A stretch of 64,000 nt of DNA, taken from NCBI GenBank assembly GCA_041746575.1, contig JBGTGT010000012.1, positions 1-64,000 on the forward strand, written 5' to 3'. A model generated the notes under the pieces. It made no database searches. It saw only the letters and a list, made by a program, of their open reading frames with translations, and had not been told where the DNA came from. Made by a program: the position numbers and the translations under genes. How positions within the stretch are numbered: the stretch's first letter is position 1; every line of letters begins with the position of its first letter. Of the stretch, positions 8,138 to 18,741 are shown one piece after another. Source of the stretch: Microcystaceae cyanobacterium. GTDB lineage: Bacteria > Cyanobacteriota > Cyanobacteriia > Cyanobacteriales > Microcystaceae.

Positions 8138-10660
8138 CTACTCTCCTTTGCGGGCGGCAGGAGGGGCAGGGGGTGCCGTATTAACGGAGGGTGCGGTCGG
8201 GGCAGGTGCGCTAGCAGGAGCCGTGGGGGCTGTTGTCTTGGGTGTTGTTGATTTAGGGCGATTGGCAGACGATGAGGGGGGTGAGGATGAATAACTACGG
8301 CGGCGGGATGAGCGAGGGGGGGGACTTTGGGGTTGAGTGACGGAACGGGAACGATAACTTTGTCGTTGGTAAGAGCGGGAGCGACTGGCAGAAGAATTCG
8401 TGTCAGAAGCACCAGATGCTGATTCTTGGGGTTCAGGCATCTTATAATAAGCTTTTTTCGGTTTAATGGGTTCTTTTTTAAGGGTCGCTTTGCGTCCTTC
8501 AAGACGATTCGGAATGGCAGGAAATGATTCAATCGGCAAGTTTTCGGTGACATCAAGCATGTATTGTCGCCATAACATCGCCGAGATATTACTCCCGCCA
8601 TAGGTTGGACTATTGTTATCATTCCCTAGCCAGATTCCTGTCACTAATTGGGGAATATAGCCCACGAACCACAAATCTCGCGCTTTATCGGATGTTCCTG
8701 TTTTACCGGCGACGGGGCGACCAATCTGAGCGGCAGTGCCTGTCCCCGAATTGACAACTCCTTGCAACATCCAAGTCGTAATTGCACTACTTTCAGCATC
8801 TAAGGCTTCTTTTGAGGTTAATTTAGCTTGATAAAGTACATTTCCTTTCCGGTCTAAAACACGGCTTACGCCGTAGGCATTGTTATGTACCCCTTTATTG
8901 GCTAAGGTGCCGTAAGCACTGGTCAATTCCAGTAAATTGACTTCCCATGACCCTAACGCCAAGGAATAGGTTGGTTGCAATTCTGATTGAATGCCCATTT
9001 TCCTAGCCACTTGAATCACGGGATTCCAACCCACATCTACAAGGGTTTTGACGGCCACTACATTGAGAGAAGATGCCAACGCTTGACGCATGGAAACGTA
9101 TTTCCCGCTGTAGGTGTCCCCATAATTTTCGGGTTTATAGCCATCTACAAAATATTCTGCGTTTAAAAAGCTTTGATTGGGCGAAAATCCTGCGGCGATC
9201 GCTGTGCTATAAACAAAGGTTTTAAAGGTCGACCCCGGTTGGCGTTTTGCTTGAGTCACCCGATTAAATTGGTTTTTCTCAAAATCGATACCCCCCACCA
9301 TGGCTTTGATTTGACCTGTCCGGGGGTCAATCGAGGTCAGAGAAGCTTGTGAAAAGCGATAACCCCGACCATAGCGTTTAACGGCTCCTTCAACGACTTC
9401 TTTGGCTTCTTTTTGCCATTGGGGATTAAGGGTGGTTTCAATGACCACGCCTCCTTGCTGAAGTTTTGCTTCGGGAACGACCTTTTTGACTTCTTGTAGG
9501 ACGTAATCAGTGAAATAGGGTGCTTGACGGATTAGACGCTTGGGTTGCTTGGGATTAACCGTTACGGGTGAGGCGATCGCTTTTTGGGCTTCGGCGTCTG
9601 TAATCATGCCGTCCTCCAACATCCGATTAATAACTAAATCTCGTCTTTCTTTAGCCGCTTTCGGGTTTTGGATAGGAGAATAAACGCTGGGCGCAGGCAC
9701 AATTCCCGCTAAGGTGGCCATCTCCGGTAAGGTCAGTTGGTCAACGGTTTTACCAAAATACACCCAAGCGGCATCGCTGATGCCATATGCACCCGACCCT
9801 AAGTAAACTAGATTCAGATAGCGTTCTAAAATCTCTGCTTTCGTTAGTTTTTGCTCAACTTTTTGGGAAAGACGCACTTCTTTGAGTTTACGAGTCATAC
9901 TCCGCTCTTGATTGAGAAAAACAATGCGCGCTAACTGCTGAGTAATGGTACTGCCTCCTTCGACCACGCCACCGGCCTTGACATTGGCAAAAGCGGCTCG
10001 TAAAATTCCCTGAAAGTCGACCCCTTTATGCTCTTCAAAGCGACGATCTTCACTAGCAATAAAGGCTTGGAGAACAGGGTCAGGAATTTGCCAAATTTTA
10101 AGCGGATCGTAGGTTACAGGTCCAATTGTTTGTAAAATTTCCCCATCCATGCCCACAATAGTGATTGTTTCTTCGGGGGCATAGGTTAAGACCTCCTCTA
10201 CTGCGTACTGCACACTGCTTTCTAGTTGGTTCACTCCCCATCCTAAGGCGATCGTACTGGTACCGATACCAATGCCTAAGCCCATCCAAAGCCAAAATCG
10301 AGGCTTTTGTCGTAAATTTTGAAAAATTTGCCATGAATGCTGAACAGACTGCTTTAAAGTAGCAGAGACGGCTAACTGGAAGGATTTTTGCTCAACCGAT
10401 CCTTTTTCTTTCTGTCTCAAAGAACGCTGTCGTCGGGGACGAATCCGCCGCGTTTTAGGAAGGGGAGGAGTATCATTGGTGGAAACGGAGACTAATTCTC
10501 TGGACTCTTCGGTGGCATCAGGGGTAACTATTTCTCGATTTTTGCGGGATCTTTTGGCATGTTTTGGCTTTTCTATGTTTTCTTTCTCTAAATTCTCTGC
10601 CAACGTGTAAAGGACACGGCTTAAACGTTGTCTAAAGCTTGTTTTTTCTGGTTTGGACAC
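8138..10660 (-). CDS. Class A penicillin-binding protein (PBP1A family)
   Basis: EDRRF.EH.GVD, GGSTITQQ, RKLKE transglycosylase motifs; STFK, SLN, KTG transpeptidase motifs. Confidence 0.93.
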   Translation of the reverse strand: MSKPEKTSFRQRLSRVLYTLAENLEKENIEKPKHAKRSRKNREIVTPDATEESRELVSVSTNDTPPLPKTRRIRPRRQRSLRQKEKGSVEQKSFQLAVSATLKQSVQHSWQIFQNLRQKPRFWLWMGLGIGIGTSTIALGWGVNQLESSVQYAVEEVLTYAPEETITIVGMDGEILQTIGPVTYDPLKIWQIPDPVLQAFIASEDRRFEEHKGVDFQGILRAAFANVKAGGVVEGGSTITQQLARIVFLNQERSMTRKLKEVRLSQKVEQKLTKAEILERYLNLVYLGSGAYGISDAAWVYFGKTVDQLTLPEMATLAGIVPAPSVYSPIQNPKAAKERRDLVINRMLEDGMITDAEAQKAIASPVTVNPKQPKRLIRQAPYFTDYVLQEVKKVVPEAKLQQGGVVIETTLNPQWQKEAKEVVEGAVKRYGRGYRFSQASLTSIDPRTGQIKAMVGGIDFEKNQFNRVTQAKRQPGSTFKTFVYSTAIAAGFSPNQSFLNAEYFVDGYKPENYGDTYSGKYVSMRQALASSLNVVAVKTLVDVGWNPVIQVARKMGIQSELQPTYSLALGSWEVNLLELTSAYGTLANKGVHNNAYGVSRVLDRKGNVLYQAKLTSKEALDAESSAITTWMLQGVVNSGTGTAAQIGRPVAGKTGTSDKARDLWFVGYIPQLVTGIWLGNDNNSPTYGGSNISAMLWRQYMLDVTENLPIESFPAIPNRLEGRKATLKKEPIKPKKAYYKMPEPQESASGASDTNSSASRSRSYQRQSYRSRSVTQPQSPPPRSSRRRSYSSSPPSSSANRPKSTTPKTTAPTAPASAPAPTAPSVNTAPPAPPAARKGE

Positions 10661-10959
10661 CCTAGTTGCTCCCTTCAGCTTTATAGTATCAGTCAGCGTT
10701 TTTGTGTTGGATTTAAGGTTATTTCAAGGATGATATTTTGTCAATTTATTTTAAATCAAGGACAGTTCGCCATCACGTCAGAACTTAATAACTTAAGACG
10801 AAATTTAAACTGTAAAGTTTCAAAGGGAAATTAACGATAAAGATTGATGACAATGCCAAGAAAAGGGAGAAAGCTCACTCATTTGGGCAAGTCGTCAAGT
10901 TCGGTAACAATTAAACGATACACTATTCACTAAAGTCCTTTTCATCTACAGGGTAAACC

Positions 10960-11622
10960 ATGATTAAACTGTACCACGTACCCATTTCTTTCAATTCTCG
11001 TCGTGTTTGGGTGGCTTTATTAGAAAAAGGACTGGATTTCGAGCTAGTTCCGATGAAGCTTGATGGCGATCAGTTTACCGACGAATTTCTGGCGATGAAC
11101 CCTTTTCATCATATCCCTGTATTGACAGATGGGGAATTCCACATCTTTGAATCCTTAGCGATTTTAGATTACTTAGAAGCAAAATATCCTGAAAAGTCTT
11201 TAATTTCTAATATTCCTGAACAAATCGGCCAGATTAAGATGGTTGATTGTGTTACGGTTAATGAATTATTGCCAGCAATCACCCCTTTCATTCGTCAGAC
11301 GATGGGATTCGCCGAAGTTGAATCGGAGGTTTTAGACAAATCTAGGGAGAAAACTGCAACGATTTTAAACTTTTTTGAAACCTTACTACAAGACAATTCT
11401 TATTTAGTGGGTCATCATTTAACCTTAGCGGATATCGTTGCAGGAACGGTCATGACATTGTTGCCGAGTTTAGGAATTTCATTACAAGCTTATCCCAAGT
11501 TAAATACGTGGGTGAAATCTTTAATGCAACGGGAAAGTTGGCAACAAACCCAAGCAACCCCTGAAGAAATTGAATCCTTCAAAACAACCGTGCAAAAAAT
11601 GATGTCAAAACGCAGTAATTAG
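10960..11622 (+). CDS. Glutathione S-transferase family protein
   Basis: NPFHHIPVL.DG...ESLAILDYL and TLADI. Confidence 0.92.
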   Translation: MIKLYHVPISFNSRRVWVALLEKGLDFELVPMKLDGDQFTDEFLAMNPFHHIPVLTDGEFHIFESLAILDYLEAKYPEKSLISNIPEQIGQIKMVDCVTVNELLPAITPFIRQTMGFAEVESEVLDKSREKTATILNFFETLLQDNSYLVGHHLTLADIVAGTVMTLLPSLGISLQAYPKLNTWVKSLMQRESWQQTQATPEEIESFKTTVQKMMSKRSN

Positions 11623-11693
11623 GAATTACCCGCCCGTTATCTATCATTCATCGGACTGAATTTTCTTAACCCATCGCTCTTTATTTTCCTAAG

Positions 11694-12023
11694 ATGAACC
11701 TTCAAATTATTATTATGGCTAGTATCACAATTGCCCTGTTAGGAACAATGATCGGTACAGCCATGGTTGCCCTTGATAAACAACAATTTATTGAAAATAA
11801 ACGCAAAGAACAGGAATGGATTTCTCATGAAGATGCACTTGCACAAGGATATAAACCACCTCCACGCAAGCGACTTTTTTTACCGATGATAATCTGTTTA
11901 GGAATGAGTTTGGCGTTAATGATAATGGGTTATAAAACAGGTAATATAATTGGCTTCAGTGTCGGTTTTTTACTACTATTTATTGGTTTTGGATTATTAG
12001 GGGCATTTTTGAATGGCAGATAA
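11694..12023 (+). CDS. Small hypothetical membrane protein (3 predicted TM)
   Basis: 109-aa ORF with three hydrophobic segments. Confidence 0.55.
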   Translation: MNLQIIIMASITIALLGTMIGTAMVALDKQQFIENKRKEQEWISHEDALAQGYKPPPRKRLFLPMIICLGMSLALMIMGYKTGNIIGFSVGFLLLFIGFGLLGAFLNGR

Positions 12024-12227
12024 GAACTATATTATTTTGTCGTTAAATTTAATATTAATTATTCTTTTCCGCCAAACGCTCTGCTAATAATTTCTTTAAT
12101 CGTTGAGAAGCTTGAAATAAAGATAAAGGATAGCGATAGTGATATGTTTTAAAATAACGCCATGCTTGTAAAATTTCCTCAAAGATTGCTTGACATTTAG
12201 GTTCAACTTATTGAGGGGTATATTTTA

Positions 12228-12390
12228 ACGTGAGTTCGACCATCAAAAAATCTACGAGAATTCTTTATTTAATTTTTTTGTGCAGGGGGTTTGGGGGGCT
12301 AGTCCCCCAATCAAGAATTTGTTTTTCTTTTCCTAATCCCAACGAGAATGGACAAAAAAATTGAGATAATTGCCCTCGTCGAACTCACGT
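12228..12390. mobile_element. MITE copy 2 (163 bp), IS982-like ends, 7-bp TSD
   Basis: Perfect 13-bp TIR ACGTGAGTTCGAC/GTCGAACTCACGT; TATTTTA at 12221-12227 and 12391-12397. Confidence 0.92.
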
Positions 12391-12571
12391 TATTTTAAGA
12401 TAAAATCACCAAAGCGATCGTGTAAATCTGCTTTAAAACAGAGTACTTGTAACTTGTTAATATAAGTAAAATGAGTCATCAGTTTAAGGCAATCCTCTAT
12501 TTGTAAGTTACGGCTCAAAGAAAAAAAGAGAGAAATGTTTCCCCCTTCCTCAACGTGCTTTAGTGAGAGAA

Positions 12572-14350
12572 TTAAAGGGTTTTTAGATATTCAACTAATG
12601 CCCAACGTTCGTTGTCACTCAGTTCAGTCCCAATAACTCCTTCTCCTTGGCCATTTCCTTTAAATTCATGACCTGTATTGAAATTACCATTTACGGACGT
12701 ATCTAATAAAAATCCTCCCTTAATTTTATCAGTTTTATAACCAACAAACTTGGGATCGAATTCCTTTGTTCCTAAATAGAATTGTTGACTTCTTTCACTG
12801 GCAGGAAGTAACATTTCATATAGATTCGGCACAGAACCATTGTGTAAAAAGGGTGCAGTTGCCCAAATCCCATTGAGAGGGCGTGCTTTATAAGCAAGAG
12901 GTGCGCGGGCATCATCGGGGCGATAACCATTATAAGCGTCTCTTTCTGCTTCATTTAGCCCTAATTCGTCGTATTTTTTCTCAACTGTTTTGGTGACGGT
13001 AAAGGGCAAGGCAAATCCGGCGGTGACCATGCCATTAGTCGTGTAATCTTTTGGTTCAGCGTATTTTTGCGCTAATTTTCCTAAATCCACGGTTCTTTGA
13101 TACCAATTAACGGCAGATGTCGGATCAGTGCCAATTGCATAAAGGTTCTGCATCTTAACCTTTAAATATTCTCTAGTTTTATTGTCTCCCAAGGTTGTCC
13201 AATATTTGGCATCTTTGAATTCTGGAGAATCCATCGGCGGAAAGTGACAGCGTTGACAGTATTGAGCGTACAGTTTTTCACCTTTTTGAGCTAGTTCGGT
13301 GTCAATTGTCCCCAAAATCTCTTCTGACCACTTAGGTGCTGTTAAACCCGTTTCGATAGACTCTCCTGCTAATAACTGCTCAATTTTATACAGATTTTCG
13401 ACATTGACGTTAGATTCAAAAACATTAGGGGAATCGGCATCAAAATTTACCCGCGCAAAAACCCCCATGGCTTCTCCTGCATTACGCGTCATTGGTTGCA
13501 TCACAGACCCATTATATTGTACCCAATCAAACCAAGAGGCAGACCATAGATGAGGGAAGTTAACCGGCGCATTAATGGCAGTATAATTATCGGGATTGAT
13601 TTCTGCGCCAAACACAAAATTGCCAATGCGATCAAGGGCATCTAAGCGACCAAATCCTTCAGGTAAAATATCCTTATTAATGGCAGATCGAGCTTTTTTC
13701 GCAGTCAAAATTAGGTTATTGAGGTCTTCCTTTAACTTTTTCTTGTTTTCTGAGTTATTTTCTTCACTTAATACATTTTCAGCGAAACGATTGAATCGAA
13801 AAGGGTCAATTTTTGTTAAAAGTAGGGCATAGCCGAGGGCATTTTTGAATTTATCAAGTTCTACCATAGCGGGTCCCCCTTCAATACGAATTCCCTTACC
13901 TTTATAATTGACTTGGGCAGTATGACAAGCCGCACAGGTAAAGCCAATGACAGTGTGGGTTTTTTGGCTCACAGGATCAAAATTATTTTCGGTTTTAGCG
14001 AAACCGACAGGTAAATCATCAGGATTGTATTTATTTTTGTAATCAGGCAGAAATCCGAACTTAGCAAGATACTGGGGATCAGCAAAGCTTCCTGCCGGCT
14101 TAAATAAGCTCAAACTGGGCTTTTCTAAGGACATGAACCATTTGTAGGGGATAATTGCCTCAAAGCTTGATCCTTGAGAAGCATGATACCACCATTGCCA
14201 TTGATCTTCTGACCAATTTTGATCCGGCCAAATGACGTCGACGGGATCATAGGAAGGGACTTCAATCTTCGCTTTTAATTTTGCAGCAAAAGGTAGAAAA
14301 ATAGCAACTGCAAGCATAAAAATGGCTAAAATTGCGCCAATAATTTTCAT
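12572..14350 (-). CDS. Exported di-heme c-type cytochrome (RoxA/cytochrome c peroxidase-like)
   Basis: N-terminal hydrophobic anchor; CAACH and CQRCH; YKARPLNGIWATAPFLHNGSVPNL; GNFNTGHEF. Confidence 0.85.
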   Translation of the reverse strand: MKIIGAILAIFMLAVAIFLPFAAKLKAKIEVPSYDPVDVIWPDQNWSEDQWQWWYHASQGSSFEAIIPYKWFMSLEKPSLSLFKPAGSFADPQYLAKFGFLPDYKNKYNPDDLPVGFAKTENNFDPVSQKTHTVIGFTCAACHTAQVNYKGKGIRIEGGPAMVELDKFKNALGYALLLTKIDPFRFNRFAENVLSEENNSENKKKLKEDLNNLILTAKKARSAINKDILPEGFGRLDALDRIGNFVFGAEINPDNYTAINAPVNFPHLWSASWFDWVQYNGSVMQPMTRNAGEAMGVFARVNFDADSPNVFESNVNVENLYKIEQLLAGESIETGLTAPKWSEEILGTIDTELAQKGEKLYAQYCQRCHFPPMDSPEFKDAKYWTTLGDNKTREYLKVKMQNLYAIGTDPTSAVNWYQRTVDLGKLAQKYAEPKDYTTNGMVTAGFALPFTVTKTVEKKYDELGLNEAERDAYNGYRPDDARAPLAYKARPLNGIWATAPFLHNGSVPNLYEMLLPASERSQQFYLGTKEFDPKFVGYKTDKIKGGFLLDTSVNGNFNTGHEFKGNGQGEGVIGTELSDNERWALVEYLKTL

Positions 14351-14714
14351 TTTACAGATTCTCCAGAGAAAATGTCAAAAGATGGCTATCGATGAAAGTT
14401 AGATGAGAGGATCTGACAACGCACCAAAATGATTGACCCATTGAATCGTTAAACCAATTCACAGTCAGGGGTTTAATTCTTCATTCTACATCCTGCTACG
14501 TTCATCCTTGTTTCTACACGCTTGATTATTAATATTCCGTTAAAAATTCAGTTAATTATGGCAATTATAGCAGTTTGCGACGGGGTGAGGTTTAACGAAA
14601 CAGGCAACAGAGGATACATTCTCAGCAACATTTATGGAAGTTAATGGAGTACGGTTTGAAACCCTTGTTGTTCAAGCCATTAAAAAAATACAGATTGTTT
14701 TTAGAAAAAATAAC

Positions 14715-14742
14715 AAAAAAGTGGGCATTTCAGCCCACCTAC
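14715..14742 (-). terminator. Intrinsic terminator of acsF (also GTAG REP-like)
   Basis: Minus strand GTAG-GTGGGC-TGAAAT-GCCCAC-TTTTTT. Confidence 0.7.
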
Positions 14743-14768
14743 ACTCATTGTAATAAGATTCTATCAGT

Positions 14769-15845
14769 TTAGCGTACTGTTCCTTCAAGTAGATCAACCC
14801 GAATCGGTTTCATCAGATATAGGTTGAGGAATTGCCAACCATTAGAAACAAAGCTAGGAAGCTTACGGAGGGTTTTAACGATGCCAGAGGTATTAGAGGC
14901 ATCCACCTCTCGTAATTTTCCATTATTTTTAACGCAAATCTCCAAGCGTTCGTAAAATTTAGGATTTTTAACATCCAAAATCACTGGGAAGACTCTTCCT
15001 GCCGTATCATTGGTTTTCTCAATGACTTCCTTATCGTAATCTCGCGCGTTTAAACCAATAGACTCATAGAAAGCAGACCGTTGCGTATCATTGAGATACA
15101 TGGTGGCGAAGACCGATAATAGGAAGAAACGACTCCATAAGCGGGATTTCCAGCCATCAAGCATCTTAGGTGTTGCTCGCATAATCGCATCAAAGAAGTC
15201 ACCATGACGGTTTTCATCTTGACACCAATTTTCAAAAAAGCGGAAAATAGGATAAATACAGTCTTCTGGATGCTGTTCTAAGTGACGGTAGATGGTGATA
15301 TATCGCCAATAACCAATCTTTTCAGAAAGGTAAGTGGCATAAAAGATAAATTCAGGTTTAAAAAAAGTATAATTGCGACTTTTTGTTAAAAAACCGAGGT
15401 CAAGGGTTAAATTAAAGTCAGACATTGCTTTATTTAAGAAACCCGCATGACGCGCTTCATCTCGTGACATGAGGAGAAAGCATTCTGCTAAAAGGGGACT
15501 TTTGCCTTTCAAACGTCGTCCGAGTTCTTTATAGAGCAGAAAACCTGAAAATTCAGCCGTACAGGAACGCTCAAGAAATTCAATGAACAAACGGCGAGTT
15601 TCTTCGTCTAAATGATCCCACGTTTGATTAAATTGCTCATCTCGCACAAAGTGATGACGGTTGTAGTCAACTCGAAATTCCTCTAAAATTGCACGTAGTT
15701 CCGCTTCGTTGACTGAGATGTCCATCTGCGCCATCGCTTCAAAGTCGGTCGTATAAAACCGAGGGGTGAGAATGGTTTCCTTAGCAGGAGATTTAACACC
15801 CGGACGGATTTCTTCAAATTCTTGTTTGTTGACGGTTGCTACCAT
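14769..15845 (-). CDS. acsF: Mg-protoporphyrin IX monomethyl ester oxidative cyclase
   Basis: [29 protein letters not shown] and DENRH di-iron motifs. Confidence 0.97.
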   Translation of the reverse strand: MVATVNKQEFEEIRPGVKSPAKETILTPRFYTTDFEAMAQMDISVNEAELRAILEEFRVDYNRHHFVRDEQFNQTWDHLDEETRRLFIEFLERSCTAEFSGFLLYKELGRRLKGKSPLLAECFLLMSRDEARHAGFLNKAMSDFNLTLDLGFLTKSRNYTFFKPEFIFYATYLSEKIGYWRYITIYRHLEQHPEDCIYPIFRFFENWCQDENRHGDFFDAIMRATPKMLDGWKSRLWSRFFLLSVFATMYLNDTQRSAFYESIGLNARDYDKEVIEKTNDTAGRVFPVILDVKNPKFYERLEICVKNNGKLREVDASNTSGIVKTLRKLPSFVSNGWQFLNLYLMKPIRVDLLEGTVR

Positions 15846-16223
15846 GTTTTTATATCAGTTTTTTCTTTTACTTTGATTAGGCGACCCGATGGTGTGGCAA
15901 TTTTCAGTCGTTTGCTCGCTGATCCATCAGAGACACAGGTTACACTTTACAGGATTTAGTAACGGTCGGCTATTGATCGTGGCGGGTTTTTAACATTTTG
16001 TAACGGTATGGCGTAGGGATTCAAGACGGTCACTTATTCAATAACCGCAGATTTCATCACTCCCTTAAAAGCACGGATCTAGGACAATAAAATTACAGAA
16101 TTACGCCTTATGATGCCGAGCGATCGCCCTTTTCATCAGTTCATTCAATCGCTAAAATTAGCATGTAAGATTACGTTTATGCCCAATAAAGCAACTCGGC
16201 TTAAGATTACACGCTTTTAATCA

Positions 16224-17186
16224 TTATGGATGAATACTGCCATCCGGCATAGTGGCCTCCGTTAAATTAATACTGCTGATACTGCTATTACGGAAACTGA
16301 CATTTCTTAAATCTGCCCCTTTTAAAGTAGCATCAATCAAATTTGCGCCCTTAAGTTGGGCTTTGATTAGATAACTATGATAGAGTAAGGCATAAGCCAA
16401 ATTTGCCCCCTTAAGCTTTGCACCTCTTAACTTAGTTTCTTTGAGAATCGCTGAACTGAGATCAACACAACTCGACAAAGTGAGCGAACGCAGATTAAAT
16501 TCAGAAAGCGTCACCAAACTGAGATTCACTTCTCTCAACACTGCTCCGGCTAGACTTGCGCCTTTGAGGTTTGCTTTCCGTAAATTAGCTCCTTGTAAAA
16601 AAGCATTTTGTAAATTACAGTCCCGTAAAATACTCTCACTGAGATCAGCTTTATAAAAATTCGCATCACTTAAATCTGCTTCTTGAAGATCTGCTTCACT
16701 TAAATCTGCTCTTGTTAGATTTCCCCCACTCAAATCCACCCCACTTAAATCAGCACCACTCAAATCGGCGCGGCTCAAATTCACTCCACTGAAATTTGCC
16801 CCCACTAAATTTGCCCCAATTAAGGTCGTTCCTCTTAAATCTGCTTGATTGAGGTTAGTTTGCTTGAGATTAGCTTCAGTCAAGTCTGCCCCACTCAGAT
16901 TTGCTCGCTCTAAGTTTACCCAACTTAGGTCGGCATAACTTAAATCCGCACCGCTCAAATCGGCTTCCACGAGAGAAGCACTCATCAGACAGGCATGAAT
17001 CAAATCGCTCCGATTCAAATTTGCCTTTCTCAAATTCGTCCCACTCAGATTTGCCCAATCCAGTGCAGTCCGACTTAAATTGATTTCACTTAAATCAACC
17101 TGAATCAGCTCAGCTCGTTGTAAATCTAAACGGCAAAAATCCCGTTTTCCTTGTGAATATTTCCAAACCAGTTCTTCCCCATCCAT
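16224..17186 (-). CDS. Pentapeptide repeat protein
   Basis: Long A(D/N)LxG/xA(D/N)L arrays; ends MPDGSIHP. Confidence 0.93.
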   Translation of the reverse strand: MDGEELVWKYSQGKRDFCRLDLQRAELIQVDLSEINLSRTALDWANLSGTNLRKANLNRSDLIHACLMSASLVEADLSGADLSYADLSWVNLERANLSGADLTEANLKQTNLNQADLRGTTLIGANLVGANFSGVNLSRADLSGADLSGVDLSGGNLTRADLSEADLQEADLSDANFYKADLSESILRDCNLQNAFLQGANLRKANLKGASLAGAVLREVNLSLVTLSEFNLRSLTLSSCVDLSSAILKETKLRGAKLKGANLAYALLYHSYLIKAQLKGANLIDATLKGADLRNVSFRNSSISSINLTEATMPDGSIHP

Positions 17187-17220
17187 ATATCGTTTTTTAG
17201 CTGAATTCAGCTTAATTATA

Positions 17221-17250
17221 AAAAAAAAGAAGGGTTGCTTTCCCTTCTTC
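17221..17250 (-). terminator. Intrinsic terminator of rps1
   Basis: AGAAGGG/CCCTTCT stem followed by a T-run on the minus strand. Confidence 0.7.
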
Positions 17251-17272
17251 TATCATAGGCTTTTAACCGATT

Positions 17273-18304
17273 TTATTCTTCTGTTGCTGAGATATCATCA
17301 TTGTCATTCTCTTCATTATCTGTTGCCGAATCTGTTATCGAGGGAATTACTTCTTCCGTTTTGGCCTCTTCCTCCTCAGGCGCTTCAAGGGGTTTTCCTT
17401 CTAGTTCTGCCAGTAATTTCTGACGGTACTTTTCAGCCATTTCTTCAGCTTTCTCGAAGACTAACGCCCGATTGCTTAACATGTCTCCCGCTTCTGGCTC
17501 CAGTTGCTTCGTAGAGAGGGAAATTCTGCCCCGCTCTGCATCCAGATCAATAATCATGACTTTGAGTTCATCATTCACCCCGAAAACGCTGTGAGGGGTA
17601 TCAATATGATTATGGGAAATTTCAGAAATGTGCAGCAGTCCACTGACTCCACCAATATCAATAAACGCACCGTAGGGCTTAATACCGCGCACTGAGCCGA
17701 TGACGACCTGTCCTACTTCTAAACCATTCATCTTCCGTTCTACTAAGGCGCGACGATGACTTAGGACGAGACGGTTTCGTTCTTCGTCTACTTCTAAGAA
17801 TTTTAGCGGTAAATCTTCCCCCACTAAGTCCTCTTTGGCTTCTTTGGTACTAATGTGAGATCCTGGAATAAACCCTCTTAGTCCCTCAATTCGGACTAAT
17901 GCGCCCCCTCTATTGGTGGCAAAAACGATGGAGCGTACCGTCGCATCTTCTTGCTGTAACTGACGTACCCGCTCCCATGCTCGCATATATTCAATACGAC
18001 GAATCGAAAGGGTTAATTGTCCATCTTCGTTTTCATCAGTTAGAATGAAAAATTCACGAGTTTCGTTGGACTGTAGCACTTCCTCTGGTGCATCCACCCG
18101 ATTGATCGACATTTCTTGAATAGGAATGTAAGCAGCAGTTTTTGCGCCAATATCAATTAATGCGCCTCTGGGTTCCATACTAAAAACAGTCCCTGCCACA
18201 ATGTCACCGGGGCTGAAATGATAATCATATTTGTCCAGAAGTCGTTCAAAATCTTCGTGCGTAAAGCCAATGTCTCTAGTGGGTTGTGTTGTTGAACTTA
18301 CCAT
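17273..18304 (-). CDS. rpsA: 30S ribosomal protein S1 (cyanobacterial 3-domain form)
   Basis: Three S1 domains; GFTHEDF..LLDKYDYHFSPGD N-terminus. Confidence 0.95.
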   Translation of the reverse strand: MVSSTTQPTRDIGFTHEDFERLLDKYDYHFSPGDIVAGTVFSMEPRGALIDIGAKTAAYIPIQEMSINRVDAPEEVLQSNETREFFILTDENEDGQLTLSIRRIEYMRAWERVRQLQQEDATVRSIVFATNRGGALVRIEGLRGFIPGSHISTKEAKEDLVGEDLPLKFLEVDEERNRLVLSHRRALVERKMNGLEVGQVVIGSVRGIKPYGAFIDIGGVSGLLHISEISHNHIDTPHSVFGVNDELKVMIIDLDAERGRISLSTKQLEPEAGDMLSNRALVFEKAEEMAEKYRQKLLAELEGKPLEAPEEEEAKTEEVIPSITDSATDNEENDNDDISATEE

Positions 18305-18741
18305 GTACGTTGTAGATCCTAATCTTTTTTTTATGAGGATTGCCTCCTAGTCGTTGACCATTGCCTTCTCTGAAAGCAGACTTTCAGGGAACGCCGAGAG
18401 ACGCTCAATCCTTAACAGGAGAAACGTCTTCTTCAAGGACGATCAATGTCCTCTCGCCCGACTCAACCTGCAGGTTGCAGGATACCGTATAGGAGTGTGC
18501 GTATATTGGAATCAATCTAATTTCAAGATACAGACTCTTTATTATAATTTATCATGACCTCCTTGTGGGAAAAATCTCAAGGTGCTACCTCATGGCAAAA
18601 GTGGCGACTGACCTGATACGATGATCTGCTTAACTCAGGTTATTCGGGGCTGATTGACGATCATCGGTCAGGTTTTCAGGTATCAAAGCTATAAATATCC
18701 TTAAATATCATTGATGGTTGAGTCGGTTTCAACTATCAGAT

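Noticed and set aside
8134..8622. 162-aa Pro/His-rich ORF and the other short overlapping or antisense ORFs in the track
   Set aside because: Alternative frames or antisense shadows of well-supported genes
16224..17186. 15-nt periodic DNA repeats
   Set aside because: Explained by pentapeptide-repeat coding
18354..18557. 67-aa plus-strand ORF
   Set aside because: No motifs; overlaps the probable rps1 leader and promoter
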